IMG/VR virus record: IMGVR_UViG_3300045988_069369
Source of the DNA: a virus
Length of the DNA stretch: 40,915 nucleotides
Direction: 5' to 3' (one strand)
Part shown: positions 8,521 through 17,901 of the stretch, piece after piece
How positions within the stretch are numbered: position 1 is the stretch's first letter
Layout: the number at the start of each line of letters is the position of its first letter
Notes under the pieces: generated by a model
Database searches by the model: none
Seen by the model: only the letters and a program-made list of their open reading frames with translations
Told to the model about the DNA's origin: nothing
Made by a program: the position numbers and the translations under genes

Positions 8521-11500
8521 TATTTAAGCCCCCTCACTAAATTTTCAATATTTTGTTTGTTAGTTAAGTAGCCATCGATGTCATCACCAGTTGCTCTTGC
8601 AAATTCTCGGCCATCAACATTTAGCACTGTATCACGAGAAACGGCACGCTTAACTGTATCAATAGCTTGTCTGATAATTTCTAATTTTTCGCCTTCTTGA
8701 TTGCGATAAGTAACCTCGATGTTATTTGAGTAAGTACCGCTTTCAAATTGATAACTGTAGTTATTAGACATCATATCAGCAATTTGTGCGTTAAAATCAG
8801 CAATATTGCTTCGCAATTGCGATTGAAAATCTTGGATATTGTCAGCAACTGCTTTTGTATTGCTTTCAACACCAAACGTTACCGTTTGAGTTGGGTCAAA
8901 CTCTTCAAAAATAGCTGTCACATTATGCACGGTATTTTGAACTTGTCCGAACATATCGTTCAAGCCCTCGTTTAAACCTTGCATGATTGCTTTACCTGCA
9001 GGCTTTAAAAGCACTCTGTCATAACTGATTGGTCCTTTGTGGGCACGAATCCAATCGGCAATGCCACCGACAAAACTTTGAACCGCTCCCCAAGCAGATT
9101 TCAAGCCACCCAGAAAGCCATTCATGATTGCTGCACCAGCACCAGCCAAGTCGATGTTGCCCAGACTTCTTAAAACACCACTGACGGAACTTATAATCGA
9201 GCTGACACCGCCAACCAATCCGTTGAACGCACCAATAGCGCCAGAAACAAGCCCACGAGCTATGCCGATTACGCCACTGCTCAATCCGTTCCATAGTCCT
9301 GTAATCGTGCCGACAAAGCCAGAAACAAGGCTAGAAACCCCACTGGTTAAACTGTTCCAAGCGGAGATGGCTCCGTTTGCAATCGCACTAGCAATTGAAA
9401 CCACAGCGCTTTGTAACCCATTCCATAAGCCAACAACACCCGAAACAAGACCGTTAACGATGTTTACTACAGCTGTTGACAGCGTTTGCCATATTGCTTG
9501 ACCTGTAGCAAGAATAGCGTTCCAAATTCCCGAAAGAATACCGAGAACGCCATTCCACACAGTGCTTACGCCTGTTGTGATACTTTGCCAAATCAACTGC
9601 AAGTCTGAACCAACTTTGCCAAAATTACCTGTGATTAAATCACAAATAATTAAAACGGGACCCAGAACAATAGCTTTAATTATTTCCCACGCACCTTGGA
9701 AAACTTGCTTAACGCCGTCCCAAATTTGAGAGAATGACATTGATAAGTTTTGCCAGTAACTAAGCATGATGTCGATAAACGGTTGAATAATAGGTAAGAC
9801 AGCAGCTTGTATTGTTTGCCAAACTGTGCTAAAAATTTGCGTGATTCCGTTCCAAAGATTAGAAAAGAAATCTTTGACGCTCGACCACATGTTTTTAATA
9901 CTTTCAACAGCGTTTGACGGTGCTTGTTTGATTCCATTCCAAAGATTAGAAAACCATTCGGTTATGCCGTTCCAAGCGTTCATGAAACTTTCTTTGATAC
10001 CACTCCATGTAGCTTTAATGCCCTCGATTGCATTGCTGATAACCTCTTTCATTCCGTTCCAAACATTGCCTGCCCATTCCTTGGCTGTATCCCACGCTGC
10101 TTTTAAGCTATCCCATGCTTTAATAACACTATTAATTGCGTTATTTACAATTGTTCTGAACTTTTCAGAATGCGTGTAAAAGTAAACGAACGCTGCTACT
10201 GCAGCAATAATAGCAACCACAGCAATACCGAATGGGTTAGCTAAGAACTGAACTACTGTAATCACAGTTTTTATAGCCTTAAAAACTTTACCGATAGCAA
10301 TCAGCAAAGGACCAATCGCAGCGACAACTAAGGCAATTTTTATAATTGTGTCTTGCTGCGCTGGAGATAAAGCCTTAAACTTTTGAGCTAGGTCAGTGAT
10401 GTACTTAGCAGCTTTTTCAATGTACGGTGCTAAACGTTCACCAATAGCAATCCCAAGCCCCTCGATGGCTGATTTTAAGTTACGGAACGCACCACCTATA
10501 CCACCTTCCATGGTGTTAACCATTCGTTTAGTGGAACCTTGAGAATTATCAATAGCGTTTGTTAACTTGTTGAAATCTTTGTCTGATGAATTGATAATTG
10601 CTAACCAACCAGACATGGCTTCCTTACCAAAGATTGTTGCCGCAGCCGATGCTTTTTGAGTTTCAGACAACCCACCCATTTTTTCACGCAGGTCGCCCAT
10701 GATTGTGCGGAAGCTCTTCATGTTGCCCTCGCTATCAGTAACGGAGATTCCTAATGTGTCCATAGCTTTTTGAGCAGCTTCAGACGGGTTAACTAAGTTA
10801 ACTAAACCTGCACGCAATGCTGTACCAGCTTGAGACCCCTTAATACCACTATTTGCCATCAATCCGATAGCGATTGCAGTATCTTTTGCGTTGAATCCAA
10901 GCGACCCAGCAACTGGCGCAACATACTTGAATGTGTCACCCATCATAGAAACGTTAGTATTAGCGTTTGAACTTGCTGCTGCTAAAATATCAGCGAACTC
11001 TCCTGCCTGTTCGGCTTGCATACCAAACGCGGTCATTGCATCGGTTACAATGTCGGAAGTCGTTCCTAGATTTTCACCAGAAGCGGCAGCTAAGTCTAAG
11101 ACTGCTGGAATACCAGCCATGGTTTGCTCAGCGCTCCAACCAGCCATTGCCATGTAGTTCATACCTTCAGCAACTTCGGACGCACTGTAGCGCGTGCTAG
11201 CACCTAAATCTTGAGCTTGCTTGCGCATTTGCATGTAAGCTTTACTAGATGAATTAGCCGCTATGCCAGACGTTGCTGCCACTTTGCGCATTGAATCATC
11301 AAAAGTTGTAAACGTCTTAACCGAAGCACCTAGTCCTGCCATTATCGGCACGGTTAGCTTCTTATTCATCGAATTTCCGACTTTTTCGAGGTTATCGCCG
11401 ATGGCTCCTAGCTTTCCTTTGGCACTGTTAGTGAACGTATTAAAAGCGCTGCTGGCTCTGTCTAGGTTGCTTGTAAAATTGGATGTGTCCGCTTTAAGGA

Positions 11501-11531
11501 CTGCTTCGACGGTATAAGAGTTACTTGCCAT
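8520..11531 (-). CDS. Tail tape measure protein
   Basis: 1003-aa track ORF after the chaperone pair. It has a TP901-type core ([14 protein letters not shown]...), central TM-like segments, and a long periodic W/F repeat region (WNGMKEV..., WSGIKESF..., WNGITEWF...). Confidence 0.9.
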   Translation of the reverse strand: MASNSYTVEAVLKADTSNFTSNLDRASSAFNTFTNSAKGKLGAIGDNLEKVGNSMNKKLTVPIMAGLGASVKTFTTFDDSMRKVAATSGIAANSSSKAYMQMRKQAQDLGASTRYSASEVAEGMNYMAMAGWSAEQTMAGIPAVLDLAAASGENLGTTSDIVTDAMTAFGMQAEQAGEFADILAAASSNANTNVSMMGDTFKYVAPVAGSLGFNAKDTAIAIGLMANSGIKGSQAGTALRAGLVNLVNPSEAAQKAMDTLGISVTDSEGNMKSFRTIMGDLREKMGGLSETQKASAAATIFGKEAMSGWLAIINSSDKDFNKLTNAIDNSQGSTKRMVNTMEGGIGGAFRNLKSAIEGLGIAIGERLAPYIEKAAKYITDLAQKFKALSPAQQDTIIKIALVVAAIGPLLIAIGKVFKAIKTVITVVQFLANPFGIAVVAIIAAVAAFVYFYTHSEKFRTIVNNAINSVIKAWDSLKAAWDTAKEWAGNVWNGMKEVISNAIEGIKATWSGIKESFMNAWNGITEWFSNLWNGIKQAPSNAVESIKNMWSSVKDFFSNLWNGITQIFSTVWQTIQAAVLPIIQPFIDIMLSYWQNLSMSFSQIWDGVKQVFQGAWEIIKAIVLGPVLIICDLITGNFGKVGSDLQLIWQSITTGVSTVWNGVLGILSGIWNAILATGQAIWQTLSTAVVNIVNGLVSGVVGLWNGLQSAVVSIASAIANGAISAWNSLTSGVSSLVSGFVGTITGLWNGLSSGVIGIARGLVSGAIGAFNGLVGGVSSIISSVSGVLRSLGNIDLAGAGAAIMNGFLGGLKSAWGAVQSFVGGIADWIRAHKGPISYDRVLLKPAGKAIMQGLNEGLNDMFGQVQNTVHNVTAIFEEFDPTQTVTFGVESNTKAVADNIQDFQSQLRSNIADFNAQIADMMSNNYSYQFESGTYSNNIEVTYRNQEGEKLEIIRQAIDTVKRAVSRDTVLNVDGREFARATGDDIDGYLTNKQNIENLVRGLK

Positions 11532-11991
11532 TATCTGCTACCTCCTTTTTTAGATATTTTTGACGGCGTTTAGCGATTGCTACTAAATCACTATTTACCG
11601 TATTTCCGTGACCGTTTCCGAGCACGGCATTTCGTTGTTTTGCCTCGTTGTAAAAATCTTCAAACTTAGCATACACGTATTGTTTGCCACTCTTATCCGT
11701 AGCTTTGATTAATCTATTTAGGTAGGCTTGCAAATATAACTCTCGTTCTCTGTTCAAGCGTCGCATTAAGTAGCCACGCTTGCGCACGTTAAACTCTTCG
11801 ATGGTCATGCGTTTGGCTTCAGTTAGCGAGCTGACACCATACAAGCCAATAGCAGAGGCGAGCATATCTTCGTATACTTCCTTGCTGCTATTTGCTAGCG
11901 TTGTTTTGTTGCTTAAGCTTCCGCTACCGCTGCTAACATCTCTTTGACTTTTGATTTCGTCAACGGTGCATTGGCTAATGCTGATAAAAAA
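11521..11991 (-). CDS. Tail assembly chaperone, -1 frame extension (gpT-like part of the G-T fusion)
   Basis: The frame of track ORF 11521..11865 stays open upstream to 11991, just after two TGA codons. It is the -1 frame relative to 11913..12266 and begins exactly at a TTTTTTA heptamer. Confidence 0.7.
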   Translation of the reverse strand, partial: FFISISQCTVDEIKSQRDVSSGSGSLSNKTTLANSSKEVYEDMLASAIGLYGVSSLTEAKRMTIEEFNVRKRGYLMRRLNRERELYLQAYLNRLIKATDKSGKQYVYAKFEDFYNEAKQRNAVLGNGHGNTVNSDLVAIAKRRQKYLKKEVADNGK

Positions 11992-12266
11992 TCATCAAAC
12001 ACTTTATCCAAGTCTTCTTGACTTTCGAGCCATGCTTCGATGTCTGCCAAGCGTGGAATCTGTTTCAAAGTGTGTGTTGCTGACAAGATAATATCAGCCA
12101 AAACGACCGGGTTTTTATCTTGGATATAAATGACTGCGCTAGAAAGTCCCATGCCGAAAGTAGCTCCTGAGCTATTTGTGATTTGATAACGTTTATCCAT
12201 TTCACGGATAAAATCAATACCAAAATGCAAATCGTATTCTTTTCCGTTGATTTCAAGTGATTTCAT
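11913..12266 (-). CDS. Tail assembly chaperone (gpG-like)
   Basis: 117-aa track ORF between the major tail gene and TMP, with the conserved G/G-T arrangement. Confidence 0.75.
   Translation of the reverse strand: MKSLEINGKEYDLHFGIDFIREMDKRYQITNSSGATFGMGLSSAVIYIQDKNPVVLADIILSATHTLKQIPRLADIEAWLESQEDLDKVFDDFLSALANAPLTKSKVKEMLAAVAEA
11985..11991 (-). promoter_or_regulatory. Programmed -1 ribosomal frameshift heptamer U UUU UUA (X XXY YYZ in the gpG frame)
   Basis: The minus strand reads GAT TTT TTA TCA in the frame of 11913..12266. The -1 frame becomes open at the first T of the heptamer. Confidence 0.7.
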
Positions 12267-12284
12267 TATATTTGTTACTCCTTA

Positions 12285-12311
12285 CCTAAAATAAAAGGGG
12301 CTAAAAAGCCC
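12285..12311 (-). terminator. Intrinsic terminator/attenuator after the major tail gene
   Basis: The minus strand reads GGGGCT-TTTT-AGCCCC followed by TTTTATTTT, a few nt after the stop at 12320. Confidence 0.7.
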
Positions 12312-12319
12312 CGTAAATG

Positions 12320-12814
12320 TTATTGACCTGTGATTTCTGTTGTATCTTTGAATGCGTAATTGATTTCTGCAATTTGCGAGTCTGAAAGTGTTGCGAAACC
12401 TGCAACTGGTTTCCCTTCGATAGCCATTTCTGTTGAGACTGTTTCGAGGTCTTCAACGTTTTCTGGAACCTCCCAAGAGTTAAGCGAACCTTGAGCATAA
12501 AGTGCTGGAAATTTATTTTCTTGTTTTTCTCCTGCGAGGTCAATTTCCCACACTTCAAGTTTGTAGCCGCTGACTACTGAGTCTTTCAGCATCAAATTAA
12601 GCGCATCTCGTGTTGCCACCGCTTCAATTGAAAGTGTAACTTCAAGCCCTTTGTCAGAAATAACTGAGCCGTCTTTAGTAGCTGTTGAATCGTTTTTACG
12701 TTCATATTTCCATTTGTGTTCCGTTTGCAAAGCTAGTTTAGCTGCTGCTGTTTTATCTCCTAGTTTTCGGAACATCAAAATTTTGTTTTTACCAAAATTT
12801 GCCATTTTGTTCAT
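12320..12814 (-). CDS. Major tail protein
   Basis: 164-aa track ORF. The position and the N-terminus MANFGKNKILMFRKLGD...LALQTEHKW resemble phi13-type major tail proteins. Confidence 0.8.
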   Translation of the reverse strand: MNKMANFGKNKILMFRKLGDKTAAAKLALQTEHKWKYERKNDSTATKDGSVISDKGLEVTLSIEAVATRDALNLMLKDSVVSGYKLEVWEIDLAGEKQENKFPALYAQGSLNSWEVPENVEDLETVSTEMAIEGKPVAGFATLSDSQIAEINYAFKDTTEITGQ

Positions 12815-12821
12815 TCCTCCT

Positions 12822-13211
12822 TTAAATAAATTTGAATTTTAAATCCAAAATGCCGTGGTAAAGCAGTTCTGGAGTTGAATTGTCTTTGATAATTTGGCTG
12901 GAGCTTTCGTACTCCATAAACCATTGTCTACTGCCTATTTTTTTAATATTGCTGAACTCTTCCATGAGCTTGCCAACCCAATCAGAAACAAGCTTTCTGT
13001 TATCTGTATCCCCCCAGATATCACATTGAACTGCTACCTCGCCAATTAGTCTAGTTTTTGTTGCTTGTGGGACAATCTGTGTATAAGCCACGACCATGAA
13101 AGGATAAGGCTCATTATCGTCTGGCAGAAATGGAAAAGCTGGCAAACCTAGAGCAATAGACCGTTTGATTAATTCGTCGTGTATTTCTTGGTCTGGTTGT
13201 TTATTTAACAA
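12822..13211 (-). CDS. Putative tail terminator / tail completion protein
   Basis: 129-aa track ORF immediately upstream of the major tail gene. The call rests on position only. Confidence 0.5.
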   Translation of the reverse strand: MLNKQPDQEIHDELIKRSIALGLPAFPFLPDDNEPYPFMVVAYTQIVPQATKTRLIGEVAVQCDIWGDTDNRKLVSDWVGKLMEEFSNIKKIGSRQWFMEYESSSQIIKDNSTPELLYHGILDLKFKFI

Positions 13212-13551
13212 TTCCTGCTCTCCTTAAATCGTCGATAAATTTTGGCTGTATTTCGTTAAGAGCTGGTCGCATGAATGGTTGGGCTTCCATTTTCCGAGTT
13301 CCGACTTCAAGATAGCCAGAATAGTCAGTGTTGGCTTTAATTACTGCACGCAAACCGTCATTTGCTAAATCAAGAGTAATGGAACGTCTAGTCGCTCCTG
13401 TTGAATACCCTTTTTTGAATACTGCTTTACGTTGAGCTGTCTTTTGAAGCGCTGCACCATTCTTCTTGACAATTTCTTTGTAAACTTCTGTACGTGCCAT
13501 TTTATTAAGCGCGTTTGCTAACTCTTTATCACCATTAAATGTAACACTCAT
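13201..13551 (-). CDS. HK97 gp10-like head-tail joining protein
   Basis: Track ORF. ...TDYSGYLEVGTRKMEAQPFMRPAL... matches the HK97 gp10 family signature as I recall it. Confidence 0.7.
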   Translation of the reverse strand: MSVTFNGDKELANALNKMARTEVYKEIVKKNGAALQKTAQRKAVFKKGYSTGATRRSITLDLANDGLRAVIKANTDYSGYLEVGTRKMEAQPFMRPALNEIQPKFIDDLRRAGIVK

Positions 13552-13865
13552 TCGTGATTAACCTCACTCAAATAAATAGCCTCACGTCGCTTGTAAAACG
13601 TTTTGCGATTAATAATGTAATACTTCTTACCGTAAAGTTTTACGCTCTCTACGGAGCCAGAAATCGGCTTATTAACTCGCATAATCCAAGCGTCAACGTT
13701 TAGTTTGTTGTTCAAGAGTTGATTTTTTAACTCTAGCCCCATTTCAGACACAAAACAAGGGACGACAATTTCTTGTGTTCCCCCCTTGTCCATTTTGCCT
13801 GTTTCTGGATTGTAAGCTGGCTTGCTCGTTTTCAAAACAAGCGTTGCTCGTTCTGCTTCTCTCAT
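13548..13865 (-). CDS. Head closure / head-tail adaptor protein
   Basis: 105-aa track ORF. Position in the connector block, with a 4-nt overlap on each neighbour. Confidence 0.6.
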   Translation of the reverse strand: MREAERATLVLKTSKPAYNPETGKMDKGGTQEIVVPCFVSEMGLELKNQLLNNKLNVDAWIMRVNKPISGSVESVKLYGKKYYIINRKTFYKRREAIYLSEVNHE

Positions 13866-14212
13866 AATACGAACACCTTTCCGTTTTTTGCCTTCCCTGT
13901 TGCAAATTCCTTTTGCAAGAGGTCATCATACGGCAAAAATTCGTATTTGACATCTTCATATGAGACTGAATGTCCCTCAATCGTTTCTGAGCTAGCTCCT
14001 TCAGCTCCTCTGCGATTGAAACGTTTTATAGTGCAATCTTCAATGATAAAACTAAATTTGTCGTCGATAACGTCAGTGCTGTAAGCCAATTTGAAATGGT
14101 CACAGACTTTTGAAATCAATCGCTTCAGCACTTTATCTTGAATATCGTCACTTAAATCTAAGTCTTCTTTCACATTGTTCAAAACTGTGTTTTCAAAATC
14201 AGCCATAAGCAC
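13862..14212 (-). CDS. Head-tail connector protein (gp6-like)
   Basis: 116-aa track ORF, first gene after the capsid block. Confidence 0.6.
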   Translation of the reverse strand: MLMADFENTVLNNVKEDLDLSDDIQDKVLKRLISKVCDHFKLAYSTDVIDDKFSFIIEDCTIKRFNRRGAEGASSETIEGHSVSYEDVKYEFLPYDDLLQKEFATGKAKNGKVFVL

Positions 14213-14215
14213 CCC

Positions 14216-14368
14216 TATTCAGATTTCTTCTTAGCTTTACTTCTGCTCTCTTTTTTCAAAAAACCCTTTTCCGTCAATTCTTCGACACGCTCGCCAACGT
14301 AATCAGAGCCAGCTGGATAAATTACGTCGGTAAGTTTGTCTCGAAAACCTGCAATCACTTTTACCATA
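14216..14368 (-). CDS. Small hypothetical protein (50 aa), below the track cut-off
   Basis: Own translation: MVKVIAGFRDKLTDVIYPAGSDYVGERVEELTEKGFLKKESRSKAKKKSE. GGTGG lies 8 nt upstream of the ATG. The ORF fills the gap between the capsid and connector genes. Confidence 0.45.
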
Positions 14369-14382
14369 CACAACCACCACGC

Positions 14383-15432
14383 CTAAGCTTCAGGTACTGT
14401 AGTCAACATATAAACATCTGCCAAGTTTTTGAATGATGGAAGTGCAATCATTGAGACCTTAGTTTCGACGTTGACTGGGTCTGTTTTAGTAGTTGTTGTT
14501 ACGGCAATACCAGCGTCGACGATTTCGACCTTAGCATTTGTTACGCTGCCACCGAGAAGGTCACTTTCTTCTGGAGTTGTTCCGAAGACTGTTTCACCAA
14601 GCTGCGTGTTAGGTGCAAGGGTGATGTGTCCGTCTGGATAGTATTTTTTGACAATGCCATCAGCATCTTTGTAAGTTTGGTTTTTGACAACAACTGTCAA
14701 GCCGAGTTCGCTTTCAAGATAGTCGAAAAGCTCTGATTTCTTAACCGATGATGCATCTGGTGCAGTCGGTTTAATCAAAGCGAGAGTGCTTTTGGCATTT
14801 TTGATTTGGCTCAAAGTTTTTGAATTCAAAATAATGACTTCTGGCGTAGAGCCGAGGTTTTCCAAAGCGCTGACTGCAGCTTCGATATCTGCAAGTGGTG
14901 TTGATGTTGCTAGATCTGTCCAAGAAGTCGTTACTGTTCCTTTGTGGTCAGGGTCTACATGATAATCAAAATCTTGTGCAACACCGTTTGAAATAACGCC
15001 AATTTTACCAGTTGCGAGCACTTGCATACGCATTGCTTCAAGTCGTGCGTGAGCGCCAGATAGCAACGTTGCCGTGTCATCAAAGATACCAGAAACAACT
15101 GTATTAATAAGCGCTTGGTTACCAGTTTGAGCGATAAGGTTCAATTGTTGACGGTCTTGTTCTTTGACGAGTAATGACTCTTTAAAGAATGGCATTTCTT
15201 GTTCGTCTAGAGTGACGTTCATGCGTTCACGAAGTGTTGCTTTTGTATCAAACGCAGATGGTTTCAAGACAACTGGAAGACCAGCTGAGCCTTTTACGAG
15301 TGCAAGCTTAAGTCCGAGTTGTTTGCGAGCTGGGAAGAATTTTTCTCCGATAGTTGAGTCAACTTCTTGTTGACGTGCGTTCCAATATCCAGCAATGTTT
15401 GAGGCTGTTACTGTATCATAAATTAATGGCAT
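14383..15432 (-). CDS. Major capsid protein (lambda gpE-like family)
   Basis: 349-aa track ORF. The N-terminus MPLIYDTVTASNIAGYWNARQQE...FPARKQLGLK is typical of capsid-E-type proteins. It is preceded by decoration and scaffold genes. Confidence 0.85.
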   Translation of the reverse strand: MPLIYDTVTASNIAGYWNARQQEVDSTIGEKFFPARKQLGLKLALVKGSAGLPVVLKPSAFDTKATLRERMNVTLDEQEMPFFKESLLVKEQDRQQLNLIAQTGNQALINTVVSGIFDDTATLLSGAHARLEAMRMQVLATGKIGVISNGVAQDFDYHVDPDHKGTVTTSWTDLATSTPLADIEAAVSALENLGSTPEVIILNSKTLSQIKNAKSTLALIKPTAPDASSVKKSELFDYLESELGLTVVVKNQTYKDADGIVKKYYPDGHITLAPNTQLGETVFGTTPEESDLLGGSVTNAKVEIVDAGIAVTTTTKTDPVNVETKVSMIALPSFKNLADVYMLTTVPEA

Positions 15433-15436
15433 ATTA

Positions 15437-15814
15437 TTAAGCTCCTTTCACGAATTGAATATGAGATAGTTTAGATTTGACGTTTGCGTCCACTGTCCCT
15501 GAACCGATTTTATCTTCTCGCAAAGTACCACGATAAACAAGTGAAGCGACTGCGTCTTTCTCTGTTACGTCAACATCGTAAAGCAGAATTCCGTCAACAT
15601 ATGTTGCTTCTGACGGATTTGTTTCAACTTTTACTTTTTTAGTGCGGTCTGCAAAGATTGAGGCACCGTCCCCAGATAAGATGGCCCCAGCCTTTAGAAT
15701 AGTTCGACCATTTTCAACGACTGTACCTGTTGTTGTTTTGTCAACCAAGACTGAAATGGCTTCGTAAGGTGTGTTGTGAAGAATTTCAGTGTTTCCGAAA
15801 AATGTTTTTGGCAT
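15437..15814 (-). CDS. Putative head decoration protein
   Basis: 125-aa track ORF between the scaffold and capsid genes. The call is positional. Confidence 0.45.
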   Translation of the reverse strand: MPKTFFGNTEILHNTPYEAISVLVDKTTTGTVVENGRTILKAGAILSGDGASIFADRTKKVKVETNPSEATYVDGILLYDVDVTEKDAVASLVYRGTLREDKIGSGTVDANVKSKLSHIQFVKGA

Positions 15815-15829
15815 ATCATGCCCCTCCTT

Positions 15830-16474
15830 TTAAAAAAGTTTCTTGCTGCTAGCATTAGCATATTGAGCTAAGTTAGCACCATAATTTGTTTGTTTAACAC
15901 TTGAAGCACCAATACCAGGTGCTTTTTGACGTAAGGAAACTTTAACAGCTTCAGCTACCGCTTGATTAAAGACAGCTTCGAACTCTCCTACTTTTTTCAA
16001 AGAATTTTCAGCATTGTCTAAAGCAAACAATTCTGCAAATTCAGCTGGTAAACCTTTTGAAACTAAATCCTTTTCGACTTGAATGACCAGCTTATCACGT
16101 TCAAATTTAGCTTTTTCTTCAGCGAATGCTTTCTGTTTATCTTCAAATTCACGTTTGGCACGTTCCTCTTCAGATAACTGTGAGTAGTCTTTTTCTTTCT
16201 TAAGAGCCTCTGCAATTGCGTCTTGAATACGTTGTGCTTCGCCTTTTTTGTAGTTGTCTAGAGCTTTTTGATTTGACTTGTTGATAATGCTATCAAGTTC
16301 TGACTGAGTTTTAGGAACTTCAAACGCTGGGTCTGTTTCGTGCGCATCATTATTTTCTACATCGTTATTAAAATCGCTATCGTTTCCGCCAGTGTCTGTT
16401 CCTCCAGATTCACCACCATCTGCAAACAATTGCAAGTTTCGAGCGTTTAACGCTAAAAGTTGTTGTTTTTCCAT
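15830..16474 (-). CDS. Scaffolding protein
   Basis: 214-aa track ORF. It has an N-terminal NLQLFA motif, an acidic Gly/Asp tract, and a Lys/Glu-rich helical remainder. Confidence 0.75.
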   Translation of the reverse strand: MEKQQLLALNARNLQLFADGGESGGTDTGGNDSDFNNDVENNDAHETDPAFEVPKTQSELDSIINKSNQKALDNYKKGEAQRIQDAIAEALKKEKDYSQLSEEERAKREFEDKQKAFAEEKAKFERDKLVIQVEKDLVSKGLPAEFAELFALDNAENSLKKVGEFEAVFNQAVAEAVKVSLRQKAPGIGASSVKQTNYGANLAQYANASSKKLF

Positions 16475-16649
16475 TTTCTAATTCCTCCCATGCTAGTCTT
16501 GTGTCACCCTAAATTTCCAGCGCATGCATAGAGCCACGAGAACGGACGTCTCACGCCCTCTAGTCTCTATTTAATGTAATTCTATTCAGGACTTAACAAG
16601 CCACGCTAGTGATGTTTATTTGGCTTATTTAACGACCAGCCAAGTCAAC

Positions 16650-16722
16650 GGGGAAAAGCAGGATTCGAACCTGCGCCTACAGATTAAAAGTCTGCCGCAT
16701 TAACCTCTTTGCTACGTTCCCC
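16650..16722 (-). tRNA. tRNA-Lys (anticodon UUU)
   Basis: The minus strand reads GGGAACG-UA-GCAA-AGAGGUUAA-UGC-G-GCAGA-CUUUUAA-UCUGU-AGGC-GCAGG-UUCGAAU-CCUGC-UUUUCCC-C. The cloverleaf has U8, G18G19, U33, A37 and a GTTCGAATC T-loop. The acceptor stem has one C-U mismatch and one G-U. No CCA is encoded. Confidence 0.75.
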
Positions 16723-16724
16723 AG

Positions 16725-16750
16725 AATAAAAAAGCCGTATAAAATACGAC
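16725..16750 (-). terminator. Intrinsic terminator between the small membrane ORF and tRNA-Lys
   Basis: The minus strand reads GTCGTA-TTTTA-TACGGC followed by TTTTTTATT. Confidence 0.6.
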
Positions 16751-16751
16751 T

Positions 16752-16898
16752 TCAGTTATTGCTTTCAAGTCCGTTTTTCAGACCTTTGAAAATGCCAATG
16801 ATAAAAACAATCAATAGACCAATTAAAACACAAATAGCTAATGCTAAAAGCAAAAATAGCAAAAGCCCAAAAGTAAAACTAAGTAAATTCCAAATCAT
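16752..16898 (-). CDS. Small hydrophobic protein (48 aa), below the track cut-off
   Basis: Own translation: MIWNLLSFTFGLLLFLLLALAICVLIGLLIVFIIGIFKGLKNGLESNN. GAGG lies 6-7 nt upstream of the ATG at 16898. Confidence 0.5.
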   Translation of the reverse strand: MIWNLLSFTFGLLLFLLLALAICVLIGLLIVFIIGIFKGLKNGLESNN

Positions 16899-16914
16899 AA
16901 AAAACCTCACATTC

Positions 16915-17901
16915 TTATTTTTCCCAATTTATCGGTACACCCAGCGGTGTTTCTCTTGATTTATCAAGCATAGCTTCATATTCTTCTTGCGATTTTGAGT
17001 AGTGAGCAGCAGTTGAACATCTACAATGAGGGTGTATTGGTGCCGCGTTCTCTCCCGGCATCATATTTTTAACTTTGAAGATTTTTCCGCTCAAAGCTGC
17101 ACAATGCGGACAAGCGCTTGGTTCTGCGATGTATTCGTACTCCTCATAACCGTTTGCTGTAAATGATTGTTTTTGCGCTTCCGTCATCACCCTCGCACCT
17201 TCAGTCACTGCTAGACGTTTAGCTTGGCTCACAGAAACGTCAAACTCTTTTCTAAGTTGACTGATGAACGTCGTTGGGTTTTTTCCTTTCAAAAGGTATT
17301 CTTCAGTCATTTTTGCAACGATTTGCCTCAAAACGTTTTGGCGTTCCCAAATGTTATCAGACCACGTTGCGCCCTTGAAAGGTGTATTCAGCAGTGTTTT
17401 AACTGTTTGTGTGATTTCTTTTTCGGTCAAGACTGACCTACCAAGTAACCCAGCTTGCGTTTTGATTTCGTTTATATAGTCTTTAGTGATGAAATCTTTG
17501 GTTTGTTTCTGTTCATCATTGCCCAATGCAATTAATTGTAAATCGAGTTGGCACTGTAACAATTCTAGTCGACTGGCTTTCATTTTGAGATTGTATATGC
17601 CGAGTTCTCTGTTCGCATCTGGAGAAAAATTCTTTTCGGCTACGTACCGCTTAGCTTTCTCTTCGAACGCCTTGACGTCCATTTTGTCAACTTGTTTTCG
17701 CACCTCTTCAATCGACAAGCCGTTCTTATCAGCATATCGATTATAAAAAGCTTGTATTTCCTTCTCGATTTCCTTGTAATGATAATTGTATAGACGATTG
17801 AACTCATCTCCCAAGGATGCGTCACGTTCGATTTTAGCTAGCTGTTCCGCTCTAATCCTTTTCTTCCAGTACTTGTTCACCATTGTTTTCGTCTTCCTCA
17901 T
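16915..17901 (-). CDS. Head morphogenesis protein (SPP1 gp7 / Mu F-like). The start is possibly at 17883.
   Basis: 328-aa track ORF after the portal gene. The C-terminal motif CPHCAALSG...PIHPHCRC is typical of the Mu-F family. Confidence 0.8.
   Translation of the reverse strand: MRKTKTMVNKYWKKRIRAEQLAKIERDASLGDEFNRLYNYHYKEIEKEIQAFYNRYADKNGLSIEEVRKQVDKMDVKAFEEKAKRYVAEKNFSPDANRELGIYNLKMKASRLELLQCQLDLQLIALGNDEQKQTKDFITKDYINEIKTQAGLLGRSVLTEKEITQTVKTLLNTPFKGATWSDNIWERQNVLRQIVAKMTEEYLLKGKNPTTFISQLRKEFDVSVSQAKRLAVTEGARVMTEAQKQSFTANGYEEYEYIAEPSACPHCAALSGKIFKVKNMMPGENAAPIHPHCRCSTAAHYSKSQEEYEAMLDKSRETPLGVPINWEK

Noticed and set aside
9124-9501. Numerous plus-strand and alternative-frame ORFs nested in large minus-strand genes (for example 9124..9501, 23489..23956, 20430..20828, 4206..4469, 12301..12558, 7881..8189)
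   Set aside because: These are shadow ORFs inside clearly recognisable structural or enzyme genes. They have no independent translation signals, and their composition is typical of antisense or off-frame reading.
8520-11531. The periodic W/F-containing repeats in the tape measure gene as an unusual repeat element
   Set aside because: Such periodic aromatic repeats are a normal feature of siphophage tape measure proteins and need no special explanation.
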